Origin: Lentisphaerota bacterium
GTDB taxonomy: Bacteria > Verrucomicrobiota > Lentisphaeria > Victivallales > Victivallaceae
Direction: 5' to 3'
Length of the DNA: 64,000 nt
NCBI GenBank assembly: GCA_015061605.1
Contig: SUWH01000015.1
Location: 2,693-66,692 of the forward strand
Shown: in pieces, positions 55,669 to 63,706 of the stretch
Position numbering within the stretch: position 1 is the stretch's first letter
How the letters are laid out: each line of letters opens with the position of its first letter
Position numbers and translations under genes: made by a program
Notes under the pieces: generated by a model
Databases searched by the model: none
What the model was told of the DNA's origin: nothing
What the model saw: the letters and a program-made list of their open reading frames with translations, nothing else

Positions 55669-56861
55669 CCGTGAAAAGTGTAAAGAAAAATCTGCTGTCA
55701 GGACACTCTTCGGTGCGTAACCGGTTCAAGGTTTTCCGGCGTATCATCGCCGCAATACTTACTCTCGTAGTGATCATTGTGCTGATAATGTGTTTCGGAA
55801 GCATGAATGATACGGTCGAAGGAAACGGTACCGTGGTCGGTATCCGCGAATATGATTTAAAAACTCTGGTCAGTGCCAAAACGGTGAAAATCTATCACCA
55901 TGAGGGCGAAGAGGTCAAACAGGGCGATCTGCTGGTCGAATTTGATTCCCGGGATCAGATGGATAAAATCGCCATGCTCAAACATGAATTGGAAGAACTG
56001 CTTCATGAGCAGGAGGTAAAAGAACAAGCGCTCAAAATCCTGCGCAAAGACCCGCTGCCGGATTATTTCCGTCATACCAAATTGCAGTTGGAAGAGGCTA
56101 AAGAGCGCTTCGCCCGTAATGAACACGAACTAAAGGTGTATGCCGATCTTTTTGCCCGCAAGGCAATCACCCGCAGAGAATATCTCAAAGTGGAACTCGA
56201 CCACCTCAACAGCAATATGACATTGAAACGGTTGAGTGAAGACTGGAAAAAACTTCAATCCGGTATGGCAAAGGATATTTTGAATAAGGCAGTCAAAGAA
56301 CTTGAACTGCTCAAAAAACGCATTGAAGGTAAACGTAAAGAGATAACTGTTGCGACCAAACAGTTGGAGGACTTCAAACTCTTTGCTCCCGATCACGGCG
56401 TTCTGACCGATATCCCGCCCCGCCCGGGCGGCTTCTATGAGCGCGGCGAAGTGGTGGTGAAATTTTCTGCCAACCAGAATAAAAAAGTTATTGCGCTTAT
56501 CGATGAGAAGCAGATATTCAAGGTCATTCCCGGGCAGCCGGTGCGCATTTACTGTCAGCAGTACAACTATCTGGATTACGGATTTTTCAGCGGCCGGGTG
56601 ACCGATATTTATCAGCTGCCGGTGAAGCAGAACGGGGCAAATTATTATCCGGTACGGATCGTTCTGTCAGATGAACAGTATCCGTTGCGTTTCGGCGCCG
56701 GTTGTGAAGTCACCATCGTGACCGGCCGCGACCGGATCATATTTGTGCTTCTCGGATTGCGCGGCAAAGGTTTCTGGGAGCGCCGCCGCCAGCATCTGGA
56801 ACTGGTCAAGGAAAATCTGAAAGCGAAACGTCCGACGGTGATAATCGAAAAAACACGATGA
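55665..56861 (+). CDS. HlyD-family membrane-fusion / secretion adaptor protein
   Basis: N-terminal TM segment, long coiled-coil (EELLHEQEVKEQALKIL...), and C-terminal beta-barrel region (GQPVRIY...GRVTDIY). The TTG start overlaps the ABC gene stop; a GTG at 55671 is an alternative start. Confidence 0.8.
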   Translation: MTVKSVKKNLLSGHSSVRNRFKVFRRIIAAILTLVVIIVLIMCFGSMNDTVEGNGTVVGIREYDLKTLVSAKTVKIYHHEGEEVKQGDLLVEFDSRDQMDKIAMLKHELEELLHEQEVKEQALKILRKDPLPDYFRHTKLQLEEAKERFARNEHELKVYADLFARKAITRREYLKVELDHLNSNMTLKRLSEDWKKLQSGMAKDILNKAVKELELLKKRIEGKRKEITVATKQLEDFKLFAPDHGVLTDIPPRPGGFYERGEVVVKFSANQNKKVIALIDEKQIFKVIPGQPVRIYCQQYNYLDYGFFSGRVTDIYQLPVKQNGANYYPVRIVLSDEQYPLRFGAGCEVTIVTGRDRIIFVLLGLRGKGFWERRRQHLELVKENLKAKRPTVIIEKTR

Positions 56862-56866
56862 TTTTT

Positions 56867-57523
56867 TTAATCGGCCGTGATCGAATTGAGGGCATCTTCG
56901 ATGGTCTTGCGCCATTTTTCGATGCCTTCAGCATCCAGATCCGGGGGGACGGAGATCGGTTCGCCGATTATCATGGTGAGTTTCGCCCCCGGTTTCGGGA
57001 TCTGGAAACCGTCCCAGCTTTTGAATTGCCAGTAGCGTGAAGCATTGAGCGCGACCGGCAGAACCGGCGCGCCGCTCTTGCTGGCGAGCATGACCGGACC
57101 GGGCTTCAAAACATAGCGCGGTCCGCGCGGACCGTCCGGAGTGAAGACCACATTCTTTTTTTCATTGATGGCGTGGATCGCTCCTAAAAGCGCATTCGCT
57201 CCGCGTTTGCTGGATGAACCGCGCAAACTTCCGATACCGAACTGCCTGATAAAATCGGCAATATATTGACCGTCCCGCGATGCACTGACCACCGCCATGG
57301 TGCATTCTCTTATCGGGCGCGGCACAGCGGGGGCGAAAAAGAGCAGCCGGTTGTGCCATGCCAGTCCGATAACGCCGCGGGCGGTGTTGACGGCATCATG
57401 TTTATCGATCAATTCAAAGCGGAAAAAACATTTGAATATGAATTTTACCAACAGCGCCGGCAGAATGTATATCCAGTCGGGAAGTTTCTTTATTTCGCGG
57501 AATTTCTTTTTTAACGTACCCAT
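56867..57523 (-). CDS. DUF374 / lysophospholipid-acyltransferase-superfamily protein
   Basis: GLAWHNRLLFF...VSASRDGQYIADFIRQFG...RGSSSKRGANAL...VFTPDGPRGPRY is the DUF374 pattern. Confidence 0.8.
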   Translation of the reverse strand: MGTLKKKFREIKKLPDWIYILPALLVKFIFKCFFRFELIDKHDAVNTARGVIGLAWHNRLLFFAPAVPRPIRECTMAVVSASRDGQYIADFIRQFGIGSLRGSSSKRGANALLGAIHAINEKKNVVFTPDGPRGPRYVLKPGPVMLASKSGAPVLPVALNASRYWQFKSWDGFQIPKPGAKLTMIIGEPISVPPDLDAEGIEKWRKTIEDALNSITAD

Positions 57524-57525
57524 TT

Positions 57526-58161
57526 TTACCTCGTTTTAAGGGCATATTTACAGATTTGACTCAACGGACATTGTGTACAGCGCGGTGAACGTGCCGGACA
57601 GATCTTGCGGCCGTGAGTGATAAGCAAATGCGAGAAATTGCACCATAATTCCGGTGGAACTTTGGCGCAGACGGCTTTTTCTATTGCTTCCGGTGAATCG
57701 CTTTTTACCATCCCGATGCGGTTGAGCAGACGTTTGACGTGGGTATCGACCGGAAAGCCGGGGATGTTGAATGCATTGCCCAGAATGACATTGGCACTTT
57801 TTCTGCCGATACCGGGTAAAGTGGTCAACTCCTCCATCGTCTGCGGCACGATATGATCATACGCTTCGACGATGCGCTGTGCGGCAAGCTGCAGATTGCG
57901 GCTTTTGGCATTGGATAATCCGCATGGATGGATCATTTCTTCAATGGTTTCCACCGGCAGAGCCGCCATTTTTTCTGCCGTCGGAGCGAGGGCAAAAAGT
58001 TTTTCCGTTACCATATTCACCCGTTCATCTTTGCACTGGGCGGAAAGCATCACCGCCGCCAGAAGCTGAAACGGAGATTCATGCTTCAACGGGCAGACAC
58101 ATTCGCCGTAGAGTGCAAAGAGTTGATCGTAGATGAATTGAAAACGTTCTTTTATTGTCAT
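57526..58161 (-). CDS. nth: Endonuclease III
   Basis: The ATG at 58161 starts MTIKERF. HhH-GPD motif LPGIGRKSANVILG, VDTHVKR, and the C-terminal 4Fe-4S cluster CxxxxxxCxxCxxxxxC (CPARSPRCTQCPLSQIC). Confidence 0.9.
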   Translation of the reverse strand: MTIKERFQFIYDQLFALYGECVCPLKHESPFQLLAAVMLSAQCKDERVNMVTEKLFALAPTAEKMAALPVETIEEMIHPCGLSNAKSRNLQLAAQRIVEAYDHIVPQTMEELTTLPGIGRKSANVILGNAFNIPGFPVDTHVKRLLNRIGMVKSDSPEAIEKAVCAKVPPELWCNFSHLLITHGRKICPARSPRCTQCPLSQICKYALKTR

Positions 58162-58163
58162 AC

Positions 58164-59024
58164 TTATTCCTGACACATTTGGGCAAAACGGCAACCGCGC
58201 TCCATCGCATCGGCAAGGAAGCGGCGTATTTCATCGGTATGGTCGGAGCTTTCCGGATCGTAGAAAGGAGTCCGGCGGCAGTTGAGTTCAAAATTCAGCG
58301 GATTGGTGTAGGAGGATTTTTTCAGTACGCCGGCCAGCCATTTCCAGTCGAAACTTCCGGTAAAGGGGTTCTGGTGGAGATCGCCGGAACCGTCATTATC
58401 GTGCAAGTGGAGCGCGATGATGCGCGAAGCGTACTTTTCGCTTTCCTCATAGTGGGTGCGTTTGACAATGTTGCAGTGGCCGGAGTCGAAGCAGAAGCCG
58501 ATGCGGTCAGCGGGGTATTCATCCAACAGCGCGGAAAGGATCTCCCAGTTGCCGTGGGGGAGGTTTTCCAGAGCGATCTTTGCATCATATTTTTCCAGCA
58601 GCGGGAGCAGTTCATCCAGTGAACGGCGGACACTTTCCCCCTGTTTGCGAACCAGTCCGACCCGGGCGGCATCATCTTCCACCCGGATACGGGGCGGGTG
58701 CATGATAAGGGTGCCGTCACCCTCAAGCTCTTTGAGCATGAGCAAGCGGTTTACAGTCAATTCGACACCGGCTTTGCGGCGGTACTCTTCGAGGGCGTAC
58801 CAGCATTTTTCTTTGCCGTCGGTACCGTGGACATCCTGCAATTGAAGCTGGAATGATTTCAGCCATGCTTTGATCTGATCGAGTTCCGGTTTGGTGTAGA
58901 TAAAGTCGGTGTTCCAGTGGTGACACCACATGATGCGGCGGAAACCGGCTTCGGAAGCCAGTTTCAAATAGAGTTCGGGGGAGTTGATATCCTCAAAAAA
59001 ATCGGTGTTGATAGCGATGTTCAT
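58164..59024 (-). CDS. Sugar phosphate isomerase/epimerase (xylose-isomerase-like TIM barrel)
   Basis: 286 aa. ALENLPHGN, FCFDSGHCN and LHLHDNDGSGDLH are typical metal-ligand regions of this fold. Confidence 0.8.
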   Translation of the reverse strand: MNIAINTDFFEDINSPELYLKLASEAGFRRIMWCHHWNTDFIYTKPELDQIKAWLKSFQLQLQDVHGTDGKEKCWYALEEYRRKAGVELTVNRLLMLKELEGDGTLIMHPPRIRVEDDAARVGLVRKQGESVRRSLDELLPLLEKYDAKIALENLPHGNWEILSALLDEYPADRIGFCFDSGHCNIVKRTHYEESEKYASRIIALHLHDNDGSGDLHQNPFTGSFDWKWLAGVLKKSSYTNPLNFELNCRRTPFYDPESSDHTDEIRRFLADAMERGCRFAQMCQE

Positions 59025-59028
59025 TTTT

Positions 59029-59931
59029 TCACCTTATTTTCATAAAACTTTCTTTTTTCTCAACCGGTGCCGGTTTGGTATCGGGTTTTTTCAAACTGGG
59101 GGGCAGACCTTCGCGTTTGAAATATCCGAGAAGCGAAGCGGTTTGCTGATTGTAGATGAAAATAAGAAATTCATTGTTGCCGAAAACAAATTCATTGGCG
59201 GGATTTGCCGGCAGTTCAAATTTGTGTTTGGCGGCAAAATTTCTGATCTGTTCCATCGTGGCATTGCATTCGGCGCGGGAGTGGCTGGCACGGGTGCCGT
59301 AGATGTGGATATTTTTTGCGCCTTCGGGGACGAGCCATTCGATGATCTGTTTTTCGACCAGCGGCATTTTTTTGAAATCGACCACTTCCACATTGTAGTC
59401 ATATTTGAATGGATAAAGTCCGAGTAGCTGCCGGACGGTGCTCAACATGACAAATTGACAGATCAACGCCAGAAGCAGCCATAAACGAGCTTTGCGGGAT
59501 ACCCGCTGCGGAGCAAGTGCCATCCCGGCAAGCGCAAAAAACGCAAGGATGATTCCAGCATATTTTGCCACGTTATCCGCCAGCAGCCGGAGGGGATCGG
59601 TGCAGAAAATCACTGCCGTAAGGATGATGAGCAGCGCGCCGCCGTAAAGCAATCCGTTGAGCAACCCCACGAAAAGCGCCGCCGGACGGGGCAAAGTAAC
59701 CTCTTCAGGGACGGCGACCACTTTTGCATAGATCCTTTTGCCGATAAAGGGGATGACCAGCAGTACGAAGCCTACCTGAAGCGTGGTCCACGGTATGACC
59801 GGGTTGGGAGTGTCTCCCTGCAAGCGGGAGATGAGCATTACAGAAAAGATGTAAAGACACGCTGCGGCAAACAGGCTCAAGGTCAGAAACATCAGATAAT
59901 TGGTAACTTTATTGAACGAAAAATTCTGCAT
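59029..59931 (-). CDS. Integral membrane hypothetical protein with C-terminal soluble domain
   Basis: The ATG at 59931 starts MQNFSFNK. About 5 hydrophobic segments. No family recognised. Confidence 0.65.
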   Translation of the reverse strand: MQNFSFNKVTNYLMFLTLSLFAAACLYIFSVMLISRLQGDTPNPVIPWTTLQVGFVLLVIPFIGKRIYAKVVAVPEEVTLPRPAALFVGLLNGLLYGGALLIILTAVIFCTDPLRLLADNVAKYAGIILAFFALAGMALAPQRVSRKARLWLLLALICQFVMLSTVRQLLGLYPFKYDYNVEVVDFKKMPLVEKQIIEWLVPEGAKNIHIYGTRASHSRAECNATMEQIRNFAAKHKFELPANPANEFVFGNNEFLIFIYNQQTASLLGYFKREGLPPSLKKPDTKPAPVEKKESFMKIR

Positions 59932-60010
59932 GACAAAAATCCTGATAATGATGCAAATTACATATTTTGTTAAATATAGCACACAAAGTAATAAAATTCC
60001 ACTTTTCAGC

Positions 60011-60039
60011 TTGAGTTAATCCGGTATAAATGGTATATT
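60011..60039 (+). promoter_or_regulatory. Sigma70-like promoter of the amidohydrolase / thiamine pyrophosphokinase pair
   Basis: TTGAGT (60011-60016), 17 nt, TATATT (60034-60039). Confidence 0.4.
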
Positions 60040-60061
60040 ATACAAAATGAGGATTTGAAAA

Positions 60062-60856
60062 TTGAAATACATCGATGTTCACGCACATATTTTCCCGGAT
60101 AAGATCGCGGAAAAGGTTATAACCACGCTGGAAGAGTACTACAACTTCTCCTGGCAGGGCAATGGTACGGTAAGCGATCTGCTTGCCGGCATGGAAAGTG
60201 CCAACGTTGAAAAAGCGGTGGTCTTTTCCTGTGCGACCAAACCTGAACAGGTCGCTCCTGCCAATGAGTTCCTCAAAGTTGTCAAAGCGGCGTACCCGGA
60301 AAAATTTTATGCTTTCGGAACCATCCACCCCGACCATCCGGATGTGCTGGGAATGCTCAAATCGATCCGGGAAAGTAATTTGCAGGGGATAAAACTGCAT
60401 CCGGATTTTCAGCAAATTTATATCGACGAACCGGCGATGATGAGGATCTATGAGCAGTTGGACGGCACTCTGCCGCTGATGATCCACATGGGGGACACAC
60501 GGACCGATTTTTCCAGTCCGTACCGTTTGGCGCGGGTGCTGGAAAAGTTTCCGCAGCTGAAAATAATCGCCGCTCACTTCGGCGGATACAGCGAATGGGA
60601 TCAGGTGTGGAAACATCTTATCGGCAGGGAGGTTTATTTTGATACTTCCAGCAGTATTTTCAAACTCGGCGCAGACAACGCGGCAAAGATCGTCCGCGCT
60701 CACGGCGTTGAAAAGATACTGTTTGCCAGCGATTATCCGGCAGTACGCCCGGAACAGGCGATTTCCGATGTGTTGGCGATGAAACTTACTGAAAAAGAAA
60801 ATGAACAGATATTTTACCTTAATGCCCGGAGGATATTGAATAATGATCAATCGTGA
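60062..60856 (+). CDS. Metal-dependent amidohydrolase (amidohydrolase-2 / TIM-barrel)
   Basis: TTG start lies 8 nt after GAGGA. YIDVHAHIFPD (HxH metal motif), IKLHPDFQ, MIHMGD, ASDYP. Confidence 0.8.
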   Translation: MKYIDVHAHIFPDKIAEKVITTLEEYYNFSWQGNGTVSDLLAGMESANVEKAVVFSCATKPEQVAPANEFLKVVKAAYPEKFYAFGTIHPDHPDVLGMLKSIRESNLQGIKLHPDFQQIYIDEPAMMRIYEQLDGTLPLMIHMGDTRTDFSSPYRLARVLEKFPQLKIIAAHFGGYSEWDQVWKHLIGREVYFDTSSSIFKLGADNAAKIVRAHGVEKILFASDYPAVRPEQAISDVLAMKLTEKENEQIFYLNARRILNNDQS

Positions 60857-61478
60857 TTGTGAAACCGTTATTCTGGCGGATGGAGCGTTCCCGGAAAACG
60901 GCGCGGTGCTGGATATTTTGAAACGGGCAAAGATCATCATCTGCTGTGACGGGGCGGCGGATTCGCTGCTTGCTCACGGGATGATCCCGGATTTTGTGGT
61001 CGGTGATCTGGACAGCGTTTCCAATGATGTACTGGTGCGTTTCCCCGAAAAACTGGTGAAAGTAAGTGAACAGGAGACCAACGACCTTGCCAAATGTTTC
61101 CGGTTTGCCAGGGAAAAGGGTTTTGTCATTACCCACTTGCTCGGGGCATCCGGCAAAAGAGAAGATCATCTGCTGGGGAATCTGGCGCAGTTTGCGGAAT
61201 TTTCCAAAGATTTTCCGGGGATGCTGCTGGTCACCGATCACGGACACTTCGCCGCCGTAACGGAACAGGCGGAATTTACCGGATTGAATGTTGGCACGCA
61301 AATATCTTTTTTCAGCTTTGATCCTCACAGCCGGGTTACGGCGACCGGGGTTAAGTATCCGCTTTGCGACCGGGAGCTGCACTGGTGGTATGAAGCCACG
61401 CTCAATACGGTGAGTGAAAGCACTGTAACCATCCACAGCACCGGAAGTATGCCGCTTTTAGTCTATTTTGCCCGGTAA
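60843..61478 (+). CDS. Thiamine pyrophosphokinase
   Basis: IIICCDGAADSLLAHGMIPDFVVGDLDS and SEQETNDLAKC...GASGKREDH are TPK catalytic-domain motifs. Confidence 0.85.
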   Translation: MINRDCETVILADGAFPENGAVLDILKRAKIIICCDGAADSLLAHGMIPDFVVGDLDSVSNDVLVRFPEKLVKVSEQETNDLAKCFRFAREKGFVITHLLGASGKREDHLLGNLAQFAEFSKDFPGMLLVTDHGHFAAVTEQAEFTGLNVGTQISFFSFDPHSRVTATGVKYPLCDRELHWWYEATLNTVSESTVTIHSTGSMPLLVYFAR

Positions 61479-61877
61479 CTGGAACATCCCGGATAAAAAG
61501 TTGTTGAACCTCTCGCTTACAAAGTAACAGTAGAGAGTATCTGGATTGCCGGGAGAAAACTCCAAATACACATCATTGGTGTCAAAGCAGTTTCCGGAAA
61601 GTTTTTTGATCTTTTTGCCCCGCAAGATCAAAGGGTTCCATTGATTTTTTCCGTAAAAAATATTTTGCGGTGGCGAAAATGATTGTTTTTCAAAGAATTT
61701 CTGTGCCGTTTCATTGCCGTAAATCGCTCCGTCAGGTGCAATTTCAAGCAATCCCGGCGACCAGATGACCTCTTTGACCAATTCCGGCGGGGCGTGATAA
61801 CCGCAAAAGGCAATCGCCGCAAGTGCCAAGCAGAGTAATATCAGCGCAACTGCCGGAATAAGTAAAAGTTTTTTCAT
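61458..61877 (-). CDS. Small membrane-anchored hypothetical protein
   Basis: The ATG at 61877 (MKKLLLIPAVALILLCLALAAIAF) overlaps the stop of the upstream gene (ATGA). The ORF track starts earlier, at 61961. Confidence 0.6.
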   Translation of the reverse strand: MKKLLLIPAVALILLCLALAAIAFCGYHAPPELVKEVIWSPGLLEIAPDGAIYGNETAQKFFEKQSFSPPQNIFYGKNQWNPLILRGKKIKKLSGNCFDTNDVYLEFSPGNPDTLYCYFVSERFNNFLSGMFQLPGKID

Positions 61878-62509
61878 TTGTTTTCTCCATTTTTTTCGCT
61901 TTGCATGGGCGTTTGGCGCGGACCTTGATGCCAGCGGGTTTTGACATTGCGTTTTTGCCAATAGGCTCTTTTTACCTTGAAAAATGCTTCACGGGCATTC
62001 GGTGTATAATCATATTCCTGTCCGATCACGGCGGAATTGAGTAAATCTCCAATTGGTCCTCCGGTCATCCAGATATAATATCGGTTACCTGTCAGTGCAG
62101 TTACCGGATCGGATATTGAAGCATAATCTTTATCTATTTCAAAGTAAACCACTTCCGAGTTATTATATGTCCGGTAATCCGGAGTGTATGTTTCCAAAGG
62201 CGAGTCAATGTGCTGGCAAATGACAAATTTATCTCCGGTCATCAAAAAGTTTTTAACGGAATAAATCACTTCATACCAGTCATAACGCATAACCACATTC
62301 CTTATTGCGGTTCTGCAAGTGGCGTGTTCACTCTTTACCAGATGACACATAACGACATCGCAATTATCCCGGGCAACAACTTCATTGAATACCGCCGCAG
62401 TCTGTTCCACCGTTGCGGTTGGAATACACTCTTCTTCCTCGAAAACAGCACAACCAAACAGCAGCAGACAACCGTAAATTGCGGCAAATGTAAGATAGAG
62501 TTTTTTCAT
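61874..62509 (-). CDS. Hypothetical lipoprotein
   Basis: MKKLYLTFAAIYGCLLLFGCAVFEEEEC (lipobox LLFGC). ATGA overlap with the Fic gene stop. Confidence 0.7.
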   Translation of the reverse strand: MKKLYLTFAAIYGCLLLFGCAVFEEEECIPTATVEQTAAVFNEVVARDNCDVVMCHLVKSEHATCRTAIRNVVMRYDWYEVIYSVKNFLMTGDKFVICQHIDSPLETYTPDYRTYNNSEVVYFEIDKDYASISDPVTALTGNRYYIWMTGGPIGDLLNSAVIGQEYDYTPNAREAFFKVKRAYWQKRNVKTRWHQGPRQTPMQSEKNGENK

Positions 62510-63450
62510 TTGGCAAAGTATCCCCCATTTTTAGGGGCTCCACGGAATTCTATCAAGCCGCTCTGCCGCAACTGCCGCAAATAACGTTCTATTGTCGGAC
62601 GGCTCTTTTGCATTTGCTTCATCAAATCAGGTACCCGCAGACCGGGCTGACTTTTCAGAACCAGTAAAAGTTTTTCACAATCAGGAGTTAATGCAGTTGT
62701 CTGAACAGATGCAGTTTCATTGTCCAACAAACGGAGCAAATCCCGCAAAGTATCGATTTCGCGGTCAATAATAAAGTCAATAAACTTTGCCGGAGTCCGG
62801 TGTGCCGCCTCCAGAAGCGTGATATATTCCGGACGCAAAATCGGCGGGATAATCGCCACCGGATAACCGTGCCGGATCAATATCAAATTCATTAACAGCC
62901 GTGCAACTCTGCCGTTGCCGTCAACAAAAGGATGGATGAAAACAAATCGCTTGTGTACTTCTGCCGCAAGTTTTACCGGATGAATATTTTTTTCATTTTC
63001 ATTCAGCCACCTGATAAATTCATCCATTAAAACTGCTGTTTTTTCCGGGGGCGGCAATGGATAACGACTGCCGCTGATAAAGACTTTCACACGGCGGAAC
63101 TTTCCTGCCTGTTCCGGATTTATCCGCTTATAAAAAAGCTCATGCAGCTTAAGAATATCGGCAACGCTCAAATCTTTATCTACCGCCACAGCATGGATAT
63201 AGTCGTATGCTTCGGCGTGACCAAGTGCTTCATAAACATCGTGCAAAGGTCTGCCTTGAACCGTCAGCCCATCTTCAATAATTACTTTGGTTTCCGATTC
63301 AGTAAGGCTGTTGCCTTCAAGTGCATTGCTTGACCAGGTCAAACCGACCCGGTAGTAGTTGCGCAAAGAAGTCAACGTTTCCGGTGGAAAAGGCCGGAAA
63401 TTATCCAGTTTACTTTTCAGAGCATCGCACAAAGCGGTTTTGTCCATCAT
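62506..63450 (-). CDS. Fic/DOC-family protein (AMPylase-type) with N-terminal inhibitory motif and C-terminal winged-helix domain
   Basis: HPFVDGNGRVARLLMN matches the Fic motif HxFx(D/E)GNGRxxR. SNALEG matches the (S/T)xxxE(G/N) auto-inhibitory motif. The C-terminus SRPTIERYLRQLRQSGLIEFRG is wHTH-like. Confidence 0.9.
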   Translation of the reverse strand: MMDKTALCDALKSKLDNFRPFPPETLTSLRNYYRVGLTWSSNALEGNSLTESETKVIIEDGLTVQGRPLHDVYEALGHAEAYDYIHAVAVDKDLSVADILKLHELFYKRINPEQAGKFRRVKVFISGSRYPLPPPEKTAVLMDEFIRWLNENEKNIHPVKLAAEVHKRFVFIHPFVDGNGRVARLLMNLILIRHGYPVAIIPPILRPEYITLLEAAHRTPAKFIDFIIDREIDTLRDLLRLLDNETASVQTTALTPDCEKLLLVLKSQPGLRVPDLMKQMQKSRPTIERYLRQLRQSGLIEFRGAPKNGGYFAK

Positions 63451-63498
63451 TTTACTCCATCATTTTACTCCATCATTACTCCATCATTACTCCATCAT
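63451..63498 (-). repeat. Four tandem copies (13, 13, 11, 11 nt) of the Fic RBS/start unit ATGATGGAGTA(AA)
   Basis: The plus strand reads TTTACTCCATCAT twice, then TACTCCATCAT twice, directly abutting the Fic start (GTCCATCAT). An inverted copy, TGATGGAGTAAT, lies at 63517-63528. Confidence 0.9.
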
Positions 63499-63505
63499 TA
63501 CTGAT

Positions 63506-63534
63506 AATATAACTGGTGATGGAGTAATTTTCAA
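63506..63534 (-). promoter_or_regulatory. Sigma70-like promoter of the Fic operon, with a repeat-unit copy in its spacer
   Basis: On the minus strand: TTGAAA (63534-63529), 17 nt, TATATT (63511-63506). The spacer is ATTACTCCATCACCAGT, which carries the inverted repeat unit. Confidence 0.5.
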
Positions 63535-63562
63535 ATCGGGGAACTGCCGGTTTACAAAATTT

Positions 63563-63706
63563 TTAATTCTCCGGTGAGGTTGTCAGACTGCGGACAAGTT
63601 TGACCGGGTTTGCCGCAGTAATACACTCTTCTTCCTCGAAAACAGCACAGCCGAACAGCAGCAGACAACCGTAAATTGCGGCAAATGCAAGTGAAAAATA
63701 TTTCAT
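63563..63706 (-). pseudogene. 47-codon fragment duplicating the 5' end of the lipoprotein gene at 61874..62509
   Basis: Reads MKYFSLAFAAIYGCLLLFGCAVFEEEECITAANPVKLVRSLTTSPEN then stop. Nucleotides 63596-63690 or so are nearly identical to 62400-62494 or so. Its ATG overlaps the stop of the upstream ORF (ATGA). Confidence 0.6.

Noticed and set aside
53878-56861. The ABC exporter plus HlyD pair, considered as a bacteriocin or type I secretion system.
   Set aside because: The ABC protein has no C39 peptidase domain, and there is no small precursor-peptide ORF or outer-membrane factor nearby. The adjacent DUF374 gene points to an envelope-lipid (MsbA-like) context, so I treat the pair as ordinary.
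60038-60940. 300-aa minus-strand ORF that is longer than the plus-strand gene it overlaps.
   Set aside because: The plus-strand ORF 60062..60856 carries the amidohydrolase metal motifs (HAHIFPD, HPD, HMGD). It also has a GAGGA RBS and overlaps the thiamine pyrophosphokinase gene in operon fashion. The minus-strand product has no recognisable features.
63451-63528. A possible small CRISPR-like array, suggested by the short repeated units.
   Set aside because: The units are 11-13 nt and directly abutting, with no spacers, and no cas genes are nearby. This is a microsatellite-like tandem repeat of the Fic start region.
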